NCBI GenBank assembly: GCA_963760365.1
Contig: CAVXDC010000004.1
Coordinates: 27,452-91,451, forward strand
Source: an uncultured Phycisphaerae bacterium
GTDB taxonomy: Bacteria; Planctomycetota; Phycisphaerae; SM23-33
Length of the DNA stretch: 64,000 nucleotides
Direction of reading: 5' to 3'
Positions 9,488 to 19,318 of the stretch are shown here, piece by piece (the stretch's first letter is position 1; every line of letters begins with the position of its first letter). Both the position numbers and the translations under genes were made by a program. Below the pieces are notes generated by a model. The model was not told the origin of the DNA and ran no database searches. It saw only the letters and a program-made list of their open reading frames with translations.

Positions 9488-10024
9488 ATGGGCAAGGAAG
9501 ACATACCGGATTTCGAGCAGGAGGGAGGGGAGCTGGGTGACTTTGTGCCGGCGGTGTTTGCCCGCTCGGTCGAGGAGGCCGAGGAGTATCGCCAGCTCCT
9601 GGACGACCATGACATCCCTGCCATCGTGGGCGGTGAGGATCGCCCCGAAGGACGATCCGACCAACCGGGCCAGCGCGGAGGTTTCAGCCGCGGCGTGCCG
9701 GTGCTGGTTCCCGAGGCCCTGCTGGATGAGGCTGGGGAGGTCATCGCGGAGCGCGACGAGGCGGATGAGTTCGACCTGAAGAAAGAAGAGGCCGACGAAG
9801 AAGAGGACGAAGAGGAGGAGTTCGAACTCGACGAGAGTGACCGAGAGGGTGAGAAAGAAGACCTTTCTACGGACCTGGACGAGGAAGAGAACGAAGAAGA
9901 TGAGAAAGAAAAAGACGACCTGGAGGACGAGGACCTGTTCGGATACGATGACAGCGACGATGAAGAAGATGAAGACGAAGAAGATGGCAAACAGGACTCC
10001 GGCGAGGAGGACGTTAGCCTCTGA
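9488..10024 (+). CDS. hypothetical acidic protein (small globular N-domain plus D/E-rich tail)
   Basis: ATG start. The N-terminal ~90 aa look like ordinary protein (FARSVEEAEEYRQLLDDHDIPAIVGG). The C-terminal ~90 aa are almost entirely Asp/Glu. Confidence 0.55.
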   Translation: MGKEDIPDFEQEGGELGDFVPAVFARSVEEAEEYRQLLDDHDIPAIVGGEDRPEGRSDQPGQRGGFSRGVPVLVPEALLDEAGEVIAERDEADEFDLKKEEADEEEDEEEEFELDESDREGEKEDLSTDLDEEENEEDEKEKDDLEDEDLFGYDDSDDEEDEDEEDGKQDSGEEDVSL

Positions 10025-10147
10025 TTCCTCTTCGGCAGCGAGGGGACTTCTCGCGTGGAGGGGACGTTCACATCCAGCGAGGGTTTGGCCGATAGATAGA
10101 GGAAGCAGGCGGACTGGAGTTGGCTTTCCAACCACCGGAATCATGGC

Positions 10148-10486
10148 ATGACTGACAGTGAATCGAGCAAGCGTGCCGGCAGCGAGTCTTCAGAACCCGA
10201 AGGGACTGACCGTCGCCGCGGCGACCGTCGCGGTGTGATGGACCGTCGCGGCGTGATGGACCGTCGCAGCGGGCTGGACCGCCGCCGCGGTCCGGGCCGA
10301 CGCCGCAGCGACGAGCGGAGGGCCGCCGAAGAGGGCGAGATGACCGACGAGCAGTTCGAGTTCATCATGGCCCTCAACGAATACAAGGCCGTCAACAAGC
10401 GACCCTTTCCCACCTGGACCGAAGTCCTGGACCTCATCAAGGCTTTGGGCTATAGAAAAGTGGCCAAAAGGCGGAATATCCGCTAG
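10148..10486 (+). CDS. hypothetical Arg-rich protein with DRRG repeats and a conserved-looking C-terminal domain
   Basis: ATG start. The N-terminal half is DRRRG/DRRGVM repeats. The C-terminal MTDEQFEFIMALNEYKAVNKRPFPTWTEVLDLIKALGYRKV looks like a folded domain. Confidence 0.6.
   Translation: MTDSESSKRAGSESSEPEGTDRRRGDRRGVMDRRGVMDRRSGLDRRRGPGRRRSDERRAAEEGEMTDEQFEFIMALNEYKAVNKRPFPTWTEVLDLIKALGYRKVAKRRNIR
10208..10312 (+). repeat. imperfect tandem 18-bp (one 15-bp) coding repeats, consensus GACCGTCGCGGYGTGATG
   Basis: Units start at 10208, 10223, 10241, 10259, 10277 and 10295. They encode DRRRG, DRRGVM, DRRGVM, DRRSGL, DRRRGP and GRRRSD. Confidence 0.85.
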
Positions 10487-10510
10487 AATAACGTTAGAAT
10501 AGATAGCTTC

Positions 10511-11149
10511 ATGACCAGCATAGCGGACATCGCGATTTCCACCCGCGTGGTCACGTTGACCGTGCCGGTGGCCGTGTACTTCCTGATCCTAGGTTCGCTG
10601 AACACGCGCCGCCGACCGCAGATGCTCACGGGCCGGGCGGATTTTGCGCTGCTCATCGCCGCCCTCAGCCCGTTGGTCTTCCTGCCGATCACGAAATCTC
10701 TGGGCGGTTCGCCCCTGGCTGGACTGGCCGTGGCCGTCTGTCTGGCTGCGGCGATCCTGGTCCTGTCGCCGGCGGGGCGGTCGTGGGTGATCTACAACAT
10801 CTCACTGCACACCGCTCGCGACACCGTGGCCGCGGCGCTGCGAGGGATGGGAATGGATTTTGCCCGCTCGGCAGAGGGATTCACCGTTCAGGCCGCACAG
10901 GCCACCATAACGGTTGAGGGCTTCTGGCTGCTCCGCAACGCCACCATCCGCCTTCAAGGCGGCGACCGGCGCTTCGCCAAGGCCTTCCAGGCTGCCTTGG
11001 GCAGTCGGTTGGCCATCCTGGAATGCCAGACCTCGCCCATGGCCGTCTCGATGCTGCTGGTGGCCATGGTCATGCTGGCCGTCCCCCTGGCCCTGATGGC
11101 CCAGGACACCCCCCAGATTGTCCGCATCCTGACGGACCTGCTGCACTGA
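10511..11149 (+). CDS. hypothetical integral membrane protein
   Basis: ATG start. Several hydrophobic helices are present (VVTLTVPVAVYFLILG, FALLIAALSPLVFL, LAVAVCLAAAILVL, MLLVAMVMLAVPLALM). No family recognised. Confidence 0.55.
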   Translation: MTSIADIAISTRVVTLTVPVAVYFLILGSLNTRRRPQMLTGRADFALLIAALSPLVFLPITKSLGGSPLAGLAVAVCLAAAILVLSPAGRSWVIYNISLHTARDTVAAALRGMGMDFARSAEGFTVQAAQATITVEGFWLLRNATIRLQGGDRRFAKAFQAALGSRLAILECQTSPMAVSMLLVAMVMLAVPLALMAQDTPQIVRILTDLLH

Positions 11150-11169
11150 TCGGCCCCGGGGCAGGGGGG

Positions 11170-12375
11170 TCAACTCGCCAACCACCTTCGAACCCACGGG
11201 ATGGCTTTGGTACTATCCCAGCGGTGGCCGCCGTGGAACACGTCGAACTCCAGGCGATCCGGGCAGCCCAGTACCTGGTACGCCTGGCGGGCGATGTCCA
11301 CCTGGGGCTGGACGTTGGCTACGCCTTCCGGGCCGGAAAGCTTGTCTTCGTCACCGGTCTGGACCAGCAGCGGTCTAGGCGCGATCAAGGCGGCCAAGTC
11401 GCCAAGCTCCAGGTACTCCCACAAGTGCGGCACCATGTTGCACGGGCAGTTGTGCTTGTTGAACAGCAGCGGGGCGGCCACCGGGTGAAGGTAGCCGCTG
11501 ACGACCACGCACGCCGGCCGCTCGTCCACGACACTCAGGGCCAGGCTCTGCCAGCCCCCGCCGCTGAAGCCCACGCAGCCGATGCGGTCAGGCCGAACGT
11601 CGTCACGGGCCTGAAGGTGGTCCACCAGGCGCACCAAGTCGAAGGCGTGCATGCCGATCACCGAGATGCCCATCGGCAAGCCGACCATTTGAAGATAGGT
11701 GCAGGAGCTTTGCGTGGGGCTCTTGCGAGCGTCGGCCTCGCGACGCTGACCGAAGCCGCGGGCGTCGGGACAAAACGCCAACATCCCCTTCCGCGCGAAC
11801 TGCACGCCCATGGCGGCGTTGTTGACTGAGACGTCCGGTGCAGCGTCACCTTCCTCCGCGACGCCAGCGGTGGAGCCTTTTCCACCCCCGTGGCCGTGGC
11901 AGCAGATCACGGCCGGGGCGGGGGCGTTCAGGCCCTTGGGCCGCAGGAGATAAAACGGCATGGTGACGTCCGGCTCAACGTCGATCAGCCAGAGCTCGCG
12001 CATGAAATCACCGCAATCCACGGCCTGGGTCTGGCGGGGGTTCGGTGGCGTCGGCGTCATGCGGTCGAAACCCGTCAGCTCGATGAACTTGGCCCGGGCG
12101 GCTGAGGTCCAGGCCTTCAACTCCTTGGCCGTCCTAGCCTTCAGGCCCAGACGGCGGGGATGGGCGGCGTAGTAGTCCATCAGGTGCTTGCGGCTGTCGA
12201 AGAAGTCTTTCGTGGATCGTGTAGAAGCCATGTCGATTCTCCTGGCATCGGCGGATGACGAGGACTGAGGCTTCGCGGCCGTGGCGCCCAAGGCCAGGGA
12301 AGCGCCCTTGGCTGCGCTCAGGCCCACCGCGGAGAGGGCGGCCTTTAAGAAGCCGCGCCGAGTCATATCTTGCAT
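11170..12375 (-). CDS. Tat-signal alpha/beta hydrolase (dienelactone hydrolase/acetyl-xylan-esterase-like)
   Basis: Twin-arginine signal MTRRGFLKAALSAVG and nucleophile elbow GCVGFSGGGW. The ORF is intact. The start could be 12375 or 12366. Confidence 0.7.
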   Translation of the reverse strand: MQDMTRRGFLKAALSAVGLSAAKGASLALGATAAKPQSSSSADARRIDMASTRSTKDFFDSRKHLMDYYAAHPRRLGLKARTAKELKAWTSAARAKFIELTGFDRMTPTPPNPRQTQAVDCGDFMRELWLIDVEPDVTMPFYLLRPKGLNAPAPAVICCHGHGGGKGSTAGVAEEGDAAPDVSVNNAAMGVQFARKGMLAFCPDARGFGQRREADARKSPTQSSCTYLQMVGLPMGISVIGMHAFDLVRLVDHLQARDDVRPDRIGCVGFSGGGWQSLALSVVDERPACVVVSGYLHPVAAPLLFNKHNCPCNMVPHLWEYLELGDLAALIAPRPLLVQTGDEDKLSGPEGVANVQPQVDIARQAYQVLGCPDRLEFDVFHGGHRWDSTKAIPWVRRWLAS

Positions 12376-12464
12376 ATCACGCACACCAACTACCCCGGCC
12401 CAAAATAACCGGGAACTTGACCGGAGCTGAAAACCATCAGACGTTTCGGGGCTACGAAATTCAA

Positions 12465-12492
12465 TTGAAATCCTCCGCCTTGGCGTTAAACT
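12465..12492 (+). promoter_or_regulatory. candidate sigma70-type promoter for rpmE (TTGAAA-N16-TAAACT)
   Basis: The hexamers were read directly from the sequence, about 40 nt upstream of the rpmE ATG. Confidence 0.3.
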
Positions 12493-12533
12493 AGCCGATC
12501 TTAGGTTCGGGCCAAGCGGTCCAAGGTTAGGCC

Positions 12534-12758
12534 ATGAAAGAGAAGATTCACCCGCAATACAAGGAAAGCACGGTGACCTGCGCCTGCGGGAACACCTTTA
12601 AGACGCGCTCCACCAAGGGCAACATCCAGGTGGATATCTGCGCCAATTGCCATCCGTTCTACACCGGCAAGCAGAAGTTCGTAGACACCGCTGGCCGGGT
12701 CGAGAAGTTCCAACGCAAGTTCGGCGGGGAATACTTCAAGAAATCCGACAAGAAATAG
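12534..12758 (+). CDS. rpmE: 50S ribosomal protein L31 (Zn-binding type A)
   Basis: [27 protein letters not shown]...[28 protein letters not shown] is a canonical L31 sequence. Confidence 0.95.
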   Translation: MKEKIHPQYKESTVTCACGNTFKTRSTKGNIQVDICANCHPFYTGKQKFVDTAGRVEKFQRKFGGEYFKKSDKK

Positions 12759-12774
12759 CTGCGCCCAACCGCCA

Positions 12775-12808
12775 CGCCGACGATCCTTGCGAGAGCGTCG
12801 GCGTTTTT
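12775..12808 (+). terminator. rho-independent terminator after rpmE
   Basis: Stem CGCCGACG (12775-12782) pairs with CGTCGGCG (12796-12803) and is followed by TTTTT (12804-12808). Confidence 0.6.
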
Positions 12809-12878
12809 CTATCACTGGTTTGGCCGACTGGTCAGGAGCCGGCAGGAACAAAGTCAGGACGTTTCGGTGTTATCGCCC

Positions 12879-13985
12879 ATGACGGCCACGAAAGAATCCT
12901 GGTTACAAAAGCTTCAAGAGCTGGACCGTCGTCTGGTTCAGATCGCGCAGGAGATGAGCGATCCAGCCGCGTCGGCCCAGCCGGCGCGATATACCGCGCT
13001 GGCCAAGGAGCACGCGCGCCTGGCCCGAACCGTCGAGCCGTTCCGGGCTTATCAGGCCATCGAGACCCACCGCTGCGAGGCGCAAGCCATCCTGGATGAT
13101 CCGGCCGCCGACAAGGATCTTAAGACCCTGGCGGCCGGGGAGATCGACTCGCTCAACGCCCGAGCGACTGAGGCGATGGAGAAGCTCAAAGGCCTGCTGG
13201 TCATGAGCGACGACCAGGAGATCGACTCGGTGGCGCTGGAGGTCCGCGCGGGCACGGGGGGCGAAGAGGCGGCATTGTTCGCCGCTGACCTGCTGGCCAT
13301 GTACCGCCGCTACGCCGAAGGCCAGGGGTGGCGGTTCGAGATCCTCTCAGCCAGTCCCACGGACATGGGGGGCTTTCGCGAGGTGATCGTGTCCGTCAAG
13401 GGCGAGGGCGCCTGGAGTCGCCTGGGCTACGAGGCCGGGGGGCACCGCGTCCAGCGCGTGCCCGAGACCGAGGCCCAGGGTCGGATCCACACCTCGGCCG
13501 CTACCGTGGCCGTGCTGCCGGAAACAGACGACATCGAAGTCCAGATCAACTGGGACAAGGACGTCCTGGAACACACCAGCCGGGCCGGTGGCCCCGGCGG
13601 GCAGAACGTCAACAAGGTCGAGTCGGCCGTGCGGCTGGAGCACATCCCCACCGGCATCACCGTCTCCATGCGCGATGAAAAAAGCCAGCACAAGAACCGC
13701 GCCAAGGCCCGGAGGATCCTGGCGCTTCGGGTCTACGAGCACTTCCGCAATCAACAGCTTGCCGCCGAGGCGGCCGCAAGAAAATCCATGATCGGCTCGG
13801 GCGACCGTTCCCAGCGCATCCGCACCTACAACTTCCCGCAGAACCGCTGCACCGACCACCGGCTCAAGGGCCAGGGCAAAGAAGGGACGAACTTCAACCT
13901 CGACCAAGTCATGGCCGGGGAGTTGGACGAGATGATCGATGCCCTGGTCACCCACGACAAGGCACAGCGCCTGGCCGATCTGTAG
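12879..13985 (+). CDS. prfA: peptide chain release factor 1
   Basis: It has the GGQ motif ([23 protein letters not shown]) and a PxT-type tripeptide (RVPETE) rather than the SPF of RF2. An upstream in-frame GTG at 12867 is an alternative start. Confidence 0.92.
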   Translation: MTATKESWLQKLQELDRRLVQIAQEMSDPAASAQPARYTALAKEHARLARTVEPFRAYQAIETHRCEAQAILDDPAADKDLKTLAAGEIDSLNARATEAMEKLKGLLVMSDDQEIDSVALEVRAGTGGEEAALFAADLLAMYRRYAEGQGWRFEILSASPTDMGGFREVIVSVKGEGAWSRLGYEAGGHRVQRVPETEAQGRIHTSAATVAVLPETDDIEVQINWDKDVLEHTSRAGGPGGQNVNKVESAVRLEHIPTGITVSMRDEKSQHKNRAKARRILALRVYEHFRNQQLAAEAAARKSMIGSGDRSQRIRTYNFPQNRCTDHRLKGQGKEGTNFNLDQVMAGELDEMIDALVTHDKAQRLADL

Positions 13986-14008
13986 TGGTTGGGACCCGGA
14001 GCATCCAT

Positions 14009-14824
14009 ATGGCTGTACCCATTTATCAGGTTGACGCATTTGCCTCCCGCCCGTTTACGGGCAATCCAGCAGGCGTGGTGTTGCTGGACCGTTCAGCCGA
14101 AGCAGACTGGATGCAGACCGTCGCGGCGGAGATGAACCTCTCGGAGACGGCCTTCGTCTGCCCCGTAGCGGAAGGTTGGAACTTGCGATGGTTCACACCG
14201 ACTATTGAAGTCAAGCTCTGCGGCCACGCCACGCTGGCATCGGCCCATGTCTTGTGGGAAAGCGGCCATCTGGCGCCCGACCGAAAGGCCAACTTCCACA
14301 CGCAAAGCGGACTGCTTACCTGCATCAAACGGGAACAATGGATCGAGATGGACTTTCCCGCCCATCCATGCCAGAAGACGACCGTTCCGCCGGATTTACC
14401 GCGGGCCCTGGGCGCCGAACCGGTGGTGGTCTTTAAAGTCGGCGGGGCGACCGGCTGGACCTGGTTGGTAGAGCTGGAAAGCGAAGCTATCGTGCGGGAC
14501 CTGCGCGTGGATTTCGGCAAGCTCCTGGCCGTGCCGTTGGGCAGCGCGATCGTTACCGCTCGGGCGACGATGGAAGGTTTTGACTTCGTCTCACGGTTCT
14601 TCGCTCCCGTCGCCGGCATCAACGAAGACCCCGTTACCGGCTCGGCCCATTGCAGCCTGGGGCCGTACTGGGCGGGAAAGCTCGGCAAGAAAGAGCTGGT
14701 GGGCTTCCAAGTCTCCAACCGCGGCGGAGTAGTGAAGGTTCGCGTGGCCGACAGCCGCGTGACGTTGTCCGGCCAGGCCGTCACCGTGTTGCGAGGCGAA
14801 CTGACCTGCGAGCGACGTCCATGA
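14009..14824 (+). CDS. PhzF-family isomerase
   Basis: MAVPIYQVDAFASRPFTGNPAGVVL...SETAFV...RWFTPTIEVKLCGHATLASAHVL is typical of the PhzF/YddE family. Confidence 0.85.
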   Translation: MAVPIYQVDAFASRPFTGNPAGVVLLDRSAEADWMQTVAAEMNLSETAFVCPVAEGWNLRWFTPTIEVKLCGHATLASAHVLWESGHLAPDRKANFHTQSGLLTCIKREQWIEMDFPAHPCQKTTVPPDLPRALGAEPVVVFKVGGATGWTWLVELESEAIVRDLRVDFGKLLAVPLGSAIVTARATMEGFDFVSRFFAPVAGINEDPVTGSAHCSLGPYWAGKLGKKELVGFQVSNRGGVVKVRVADSRVTLSGQAVTVLRGELTCERRP

Positions 14825-15585
14825 CCCCCGAATCAGCCGACACTCCGAAGATCATCACCATCGCCGACGGTTTCCACGTCCGCCAGGCCGTGGACAACAT
14901 GGCCTGGATCGACCTGGGCGATTATGCCATCGTCGTGGATGCCCTGGAGCAGCCGGAACTGGAAACCGAGGTGCTGGAGGCCATCGCCTCGGCGCTGCCC
15001 GGCCGGGGAGTGCGGTACGTGCTGAACACCCACACGCACTACGACCATGTGGCGCTCAACGATGCGCTGGTCCGCCGGCACGGTGCGGAAGTGGTGGACA
15101 ATGCCCGCGGGGGGATTCCGCTGGAAGGGCGGTGGTTCGAAGGCTCGCGGCGGAAGGTGCTGATGCTGCCGCTTCCGTCCTGCCACACCGAGGAGGACTG
15201 CATCGTTTGGGCCCCTCAGGACCGCGTGCTGCTGGTGGGAGACATCTTCGGCTGGGGGTTGATCCCGCTGTCCTGCGAGTTGCGGACCGAGACGGCCCAG
15301 ATGCTCGTAGACGCCTACAGCCGCCTGACTGCCTTTGACGCCGCGGTCGTCGTGCCCGGTCATGGACCGCTGGCGACGACAGCGGATCTGAAGCGATGGG
15401 TGGACTACCTGCACTGGTTGGTGGCCGAGGTCCGCCGCGCCTGTCAAGCAGGCTTGGACGATAAGACCATCTTGCGTCAAACCGATCCGCCCGAGGACAT
15501 GAGAACCTGGTGGCGCTTCCTGGCCTGGAAGCACTCCGACAGCCTGACCAAGGTGCTCCGCGCCATCCGCCGGGGCAAGCTCTAG
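14821..15585 (+). CDS. MBL-fold metallo-hydrolase
   Basis: The metal-binding motif is LNTHTHYDHV. The start shares an ATGA overlap with the phzF-like stop at 14821-14824. Confidence 0.75.
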   Translation: MTPESADTPKIITIADGFHVRQAVDNMAWIDLGDYAIVVDALEQPELETEVLEAIASALPGRGVRYVLNTHTHYDHVALNDALVRRHGAEVVDNARGGIPLEGRWFEGSRRKVLMLPLPSCHTEEDCIVWAPQDRVLLVGDIFGWGLIPLSCELRTETAQMLVDAYSRLTAFDAAVVVPGHGPLATTADLKRWVDYLHWLVAEVRRACQAGLDDKTILRQTDPPEDMRTWWRFLAWKHSDSLTKVLRAIRRGKL

Positions 15586-15741
15586 GGATTGGCGGCGGAG
15601 TCTCCTGCCCGTCGAAGTTGATTCCAACCTGCAAGAGCGTTACCGTCTGTGTCGATGCTCTGTCCCCTAGGAGCAAGGCCGCTGACTTAGAATGGTTATG
15701 ATATGGTGCAGCACACCACACAGGCTCAGATGAGGTGAGGT

Positions 15742-16341
15742 ATGTCGTTTCGTAAGCTCCGCGTTGTCCTGGTTCGTTTGGCGTTCCTTCCCGTGATTTT
15801 CGTAGCCATCTTCGTGCGACCTTCCTGGGACCCGGAGTCTACAGGTGCTTTCTTTATAGAATTTGCAGGTTATATGTTCCTGATCCTGGGCCTGTCGGTC
15901 CGCATCTGGTCGATTCTCTACGTGGGTGGCAAAAAGTCCCAGGAACTGGTCACCGACGGTCCTTACTCGCTATGCAGGAACCCGCTGTACGTGGGGACGT
16001 TCCTGTTGACCATCGGGGCCGGGTTGTGTTTCGAGAACCTGCTGATGCTGCTGACCATGCTGGCGACCATTGTGCCCGCGCATATGATGGCCGCCCGGCT
16101 GGAGGAAAAGCACTTGGTGGCGAAGTTTCCGCAAGAGTATCCCCTGTACACCAAGAAAGTCCCATCCTTTTGGCCACGGGTTGAAAACTATCACAGCCGG
16201 GAGCTCCTGTCCGTCTCCATGCGGGCGATCCGGCGGATTGCGGTCGATACCTCCGGGATCATCCTGATCCCGATGGTTGAGGACTTTTTAGAGCTGCTTC
16301 ACCAGCACGGGATCGTGCCCGTTTTGTGGTACTTTCCGTAA
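15742..16341 (+). CDS. isoprenylcysteine carboxyl methyltransferase (ICMT)/phospholipid methyltransferase family membrane protein
   Basis: It has multiple TM helices and the motif GPYSLCRNPLYVGTFLL...EEKHLVAKFPQEYPLYTKKVP. Confidence 0.7.
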   Translation: MSFRKLRVVLVRLAFLPVIFVAIFVRPSWDPESTGAFFIEFAGYMFLILGLSVRIWSILYVGGKKSQELVTDGPYSLCRNPLYVGTFLLTIGAGLCFENLLMLLTMLATIVPAHMMAARLEEKHLVAKFPQEYPLYTKKVPSFWPRVENYHSRELLSVSMRAIRRIAVDTSGIILIPMVEDFLELLHQHGIVPVLWYFP

Positions 16342-16407
16342 CCGCTCGAAGGCCCCATCGTGGTGGGGTGGAGGGTTCGGGACCTGCGGGGGTTGCAGGG
16401 TAGGTGA

Positions 16408-18090
16408 TTACTTCGTCGATGGCAGGACCAGTTCCACGGGTGCCCCGCCGGGTGCGGCAATGCCACGGCGCTCCAGCAGCGACCCTTCCAGGCGAAACAA
16501 ATCCACCAAGGCCTCGAGATAGTTCACCACGGCTTGCACTTCGGCGACCCGGCTGCTCAGCAAGTCCCGCTGTGCGATGCTTACCAGAAGGGAGGTGGAC
16601 TTTTCCGCCTGGTAACGGGCCGTCTCCACCCGCAGCACCTCTTCTTGAGCCTTTCGCGTCGCGGCGGTTGCCGCGACTTGTTCCCTCGTCCGCAGCACCT
16701 CGATATACGCCGTTCGGACGTCCAGCTCTGCCAATTGAGCCAGGTTTGCGAGGGCCGCAAGGTATTGGTCGCGGGTAAGGACTGCCTTGCGGTGGAGGGC
16801 CTTGGCGTTGCGGTTCAGCGGCGGCTGTTCGAACTCCAGGCCTACCGTGAAGTCGTAGCTCTTGCCGTCGAACATGTCTCCCATCGAGGACCCGAAGGAC
16901 TCGGCGTAGCCGGTCTTGCCCAGCGTGATGAACAGGTCCAGCAGCGGCAGCAGGCCGTTTCGCGTCTTGACGATCTCCAGGTCGCCGCGGTTGACCTGAA
17001 GGCGGGCCTGGTTGAGGTCCGGCCGCTGTTGCAGCACCGTCTGCACGTGAAGGTCCATCGAGCCTAATTCCACGTTGGAAGGGATAGGGGGTTCCAGGAT
17101 CGTGATCTGGCGCTGGTAAACCGAACCATCCGACGGGCTAAGCAGCCGCAGCAGCGTCAGCCGGGTCTTGTCCTCGGTGCTGCGGGCGTTGATAAGGTCC
17201 TCTTGCCGCAGCGCAACTTCGGCCTCGGAGGCGGCCAATTGCGACCCGGCGAGCTTGCCGACGCGAACCCGCTCCTGCGTGTCGTTGAGCTGATCTTGGG
17301 CAATCTTGAGGGATTGGACGACGATTTCCGTCTGCCGCCGGGCCAACGCATAGTTCCAATACGCCTTTTCCACGTCCGAAATCAGCGTTTCAGCGAAGCC
17401 TCGCAGCTCGTATTGGCTGGTCAGCACGTCCAGACGGGCTTGGCGGAGGCTGGCCAGGTTGACGGCTGTGCCGAAGCCGCGTAGCAGCGACTGCGTGGCG
17501 GTCAGCGCCAACCGAGAGGCGTATTCATCGGCGCCGCTCTGGAGTATCCCATCCGTGCTGAGCGACAGGTCCAGGTCCGTGCCGGTGGGCAAAGTCTGGG
17601 TCAGGCCGATATTTCCTGAAACGCTCTTGGAGATGGTGTCCGAGCCGGATTCGTCCGTACGGGTGCGGCTGGCGGAAAAGGCGGCCGTCAGGTCGGGATC
17701 GAACACCGCCCGCTGCACGTCCACCAACGTCCTCTTGATGTCAGGGTTGTAGCGCTGCACGACCAGGGCCCGGTTGTTCTCCAAGGCCATCAAGATGGCC
17801 TGGGGCACCGAGAGCTCCAAGGCTTCTTTAGCCGGGCTGGTCATGGCTTGACCCTCTGGCACGGCCACCCCGGAAGGTCGTGTCGTGGTCGGCTGGCGAG
17901 TCGGTTGCGTCATGGGCGAAGCGACGGTTGAGGTCGGTTGAGAGCTTGCCCTCCTTGCAGCCGGCCAAAGCGCGATGGTGGGCCTGTTTTTTTTGGGCAC
18001 TTCCGCCGACGGGCTGAGTTGGGCCGGTCCCAACGTCGCGGCCAGGACTGCCACCAGGAAACCCCATCGCACCATGTGTCGGATGGCCAT
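16408..18090 (-). CDS. TolC-family outer membrane efflux protein
   Basis: It has a signal peptide and two internally repeated coiled-coil/beta segments typical of OEP/TolC. It lies immediately downstream of macB on the same strand. Confidence 0.8.
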   Translation of the reverse strand: MAIRHMVRWGFLVAVLAATLGPAQLSPSAEVPKKNRPTIALWPAARRASSQPTSTVASPMTQPTRQPTTTRPSGVAVPEGQAMTSPAKEALELSVPQAILMALENNRALVVQRYNPDIKRTLVDVQRAVFDPDLTAAFSASRTRTDESGSDTISKSVSGNIGLTQTLPTGTDLDLSLSTDGILQSGADEYASRLALTATQSLLRGFGTAVNLASLRQARLDVLTSQYELRGFAETLISDVEKAYWNYALARRQTEIVVQSLKIAQDQLNDTQERVRVGKLAGSQLAASEAEVALRQEDLINARSTEDKTRLTLLRLLSPSDGSVYQRQITILEPPIPSNVELGSMDLHVQTVLQQRPDLNQARLQVNRGDLEIVKTRNGLLPLLDLFITLGKTGYAESFGSSMGDMFDGKSYDFTVGLEFEQPPLNRNAKALHRKAVLTRDQYLAALANLAQLAELDVRTAYIEVLRTREQVAATAATRKAQEEVLRVETARYQAEKSTSLLVSIAQRDLLSSRVAEVQAVVNYLEALVDLFRLEGSLLERRGIAAPGGAPVELVLPSTK

Positions 18091-18105
18091 GGATCGGCCT
18101 CCTCG

Positions 18106-19314
18106 TTATTCGTACCGTAAGGCCTCTACCGGATCGAGCCTGGCTGCCCTCCAGGCCGGGTAGAAGCCGAAAAAGATACCCACGAACGCGGAAAACGATA
18201 AAGCAATCAGGATGCCGAACGCCTCGACCTCTGTCGTAAACGACGTGACCGCACCGATGACTTTGGCTGCGCCTGTGCCCGCGGCCACGCCGATCAGCCC
18301 GCCCAGACCGCTGGTAATCAAGGCCTCCACCAGGAACTGCATGAGGATCGAGCGCTCTTTGGCCCCGATGGCCTTGCGGACGCCGATTTCGCGCGTTCGT
18401 TCCGTGACGGTGACCAGCATGACGTTCATGATCCCAATGCCACCCACGAGCAACGAGATGCTGGCAATGCCACCCAGCAAAATCGTGAAGGTGCCAGTCA
18501 CCTCGGTGGCGGTCTGGATGATATCGGCCTGGTTACGGATGTTAAAGTCATCGGCTGTACCCTCCAGGAGCTTGTGCCGTTTGCGAAAGACAGCCGTCAG
18601 CGATTCCTGCACCTTCGTCAGGTCGGCGCCATCCTCAGCCTGGACATCGATTTCGCGGAGGTAATCCAGACCGAACACCTGCTTCATGGCCGTCGTGAAG
18701 GGGATGAGAATCTGGTCGTCCGGGTTGAACCAGCCCTGGTCGCCTTTGGCCTTCAAGACGCCCACCACGGTGAAGTTGATCCCATTGATCTTAACGGCTT
18801 CTCCGAGCGGGTCGTTTAGGCCAAATAGGTCCTCGACGGTGGCCGGTCCCAGGATGGCCACGCGGGTGGTCTGATCGACCTCGGTTTCGGTGAAGGGCCG
18901 ACCCTTCTCGACCACAAAGTCGCGTATGGGCAGGTAGGTCACGGACACCCCGGCAGTGGACACGCGGCTATTGCGGTTCATGTATTTGACCTGCACGTTA
19001 CCCATGACCACCGGGGCGATGCGCCGTACGCCCTTGGCCTCGGTCAGGATGGCTTGGGCGTCCTCGAGGGTCAGGTTCTGCCGGGTGCCGCTAGCCACCC
19101 CGTGCAACCCGGACTGACCGGGGCGGACGACCAGCAGGTTGGTGCCCATGGCCGAGATGCGGGACATGACCTGCTTCCTGGCCCCGGCGCCCATGGCCAG
19201 CATGGCGATCACCGCCCCCACGCCGATGATGATGCCCAGCATGGCCAGGAAAGACCGCATCTTGTTGGCCCACAGGCTCCGCATGCCGACTTTGATGGTT
19301 GTGCTCAGAAGCAT
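18106..19314 (-). CDS. macB: MacB-type ABC transporter permease (FtsX domain)
   Basis: MLLSTTIKVGMRSLWANKMRSFLAMLGIIIGVGAVIAM... has a large periplasmic domain and C-terminal FtsX helices ending in DPVEALRYE. Confidence 0.88.
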   Translation of the reverse strand: MLLSTTIKVGMRSLWANKMRSFLAMLGIIIGVGAVIAMLAMGAGARKQVMSRISAMGTNLLVVRPGQSGLHGVASGTRQNLTLEDAQAILTEAKGVRRIAPVVMGNVQVKYMNRNSRVSTAGVSVTYLPIRDFVVEKGRPFTETEVDQTTRVAILGPATVEDLFGLNDPLGEAVKINGINFTVVGVLKAKGDQGWFNPDDQILIPFTTAMKQVFGLDYLREIDVQAEDGADLTKVQESLTAVFRKRHKLLEGTADDFNIRNQADIIQTATEVTGTFTILLGGIASISLLVGGIGIMNVMLVTVTERTREIGVRKAIGAKERSILMQFLVEALITSGLGGLIGVAAGTGAAKVIGAVTSFTTEVEAFGILIALSFSAFVGIFFGFYPAWRAARLDPVEALRYE

Positions 19315-19318
19315 GGTT

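Noticed and set aside
9395-10144. Minus-strand ORFs of 249 aa and 216 aa opposite the acidic protein gene.
   Set aside because: They are mirror-image low-complexity translations (Phe/Leu/Val-rich and Ser-rich) of the GAA/GAG/GAC-rich coding repeat. The plus-strand ORF has a normal globular N-terminal half and an ATG start.
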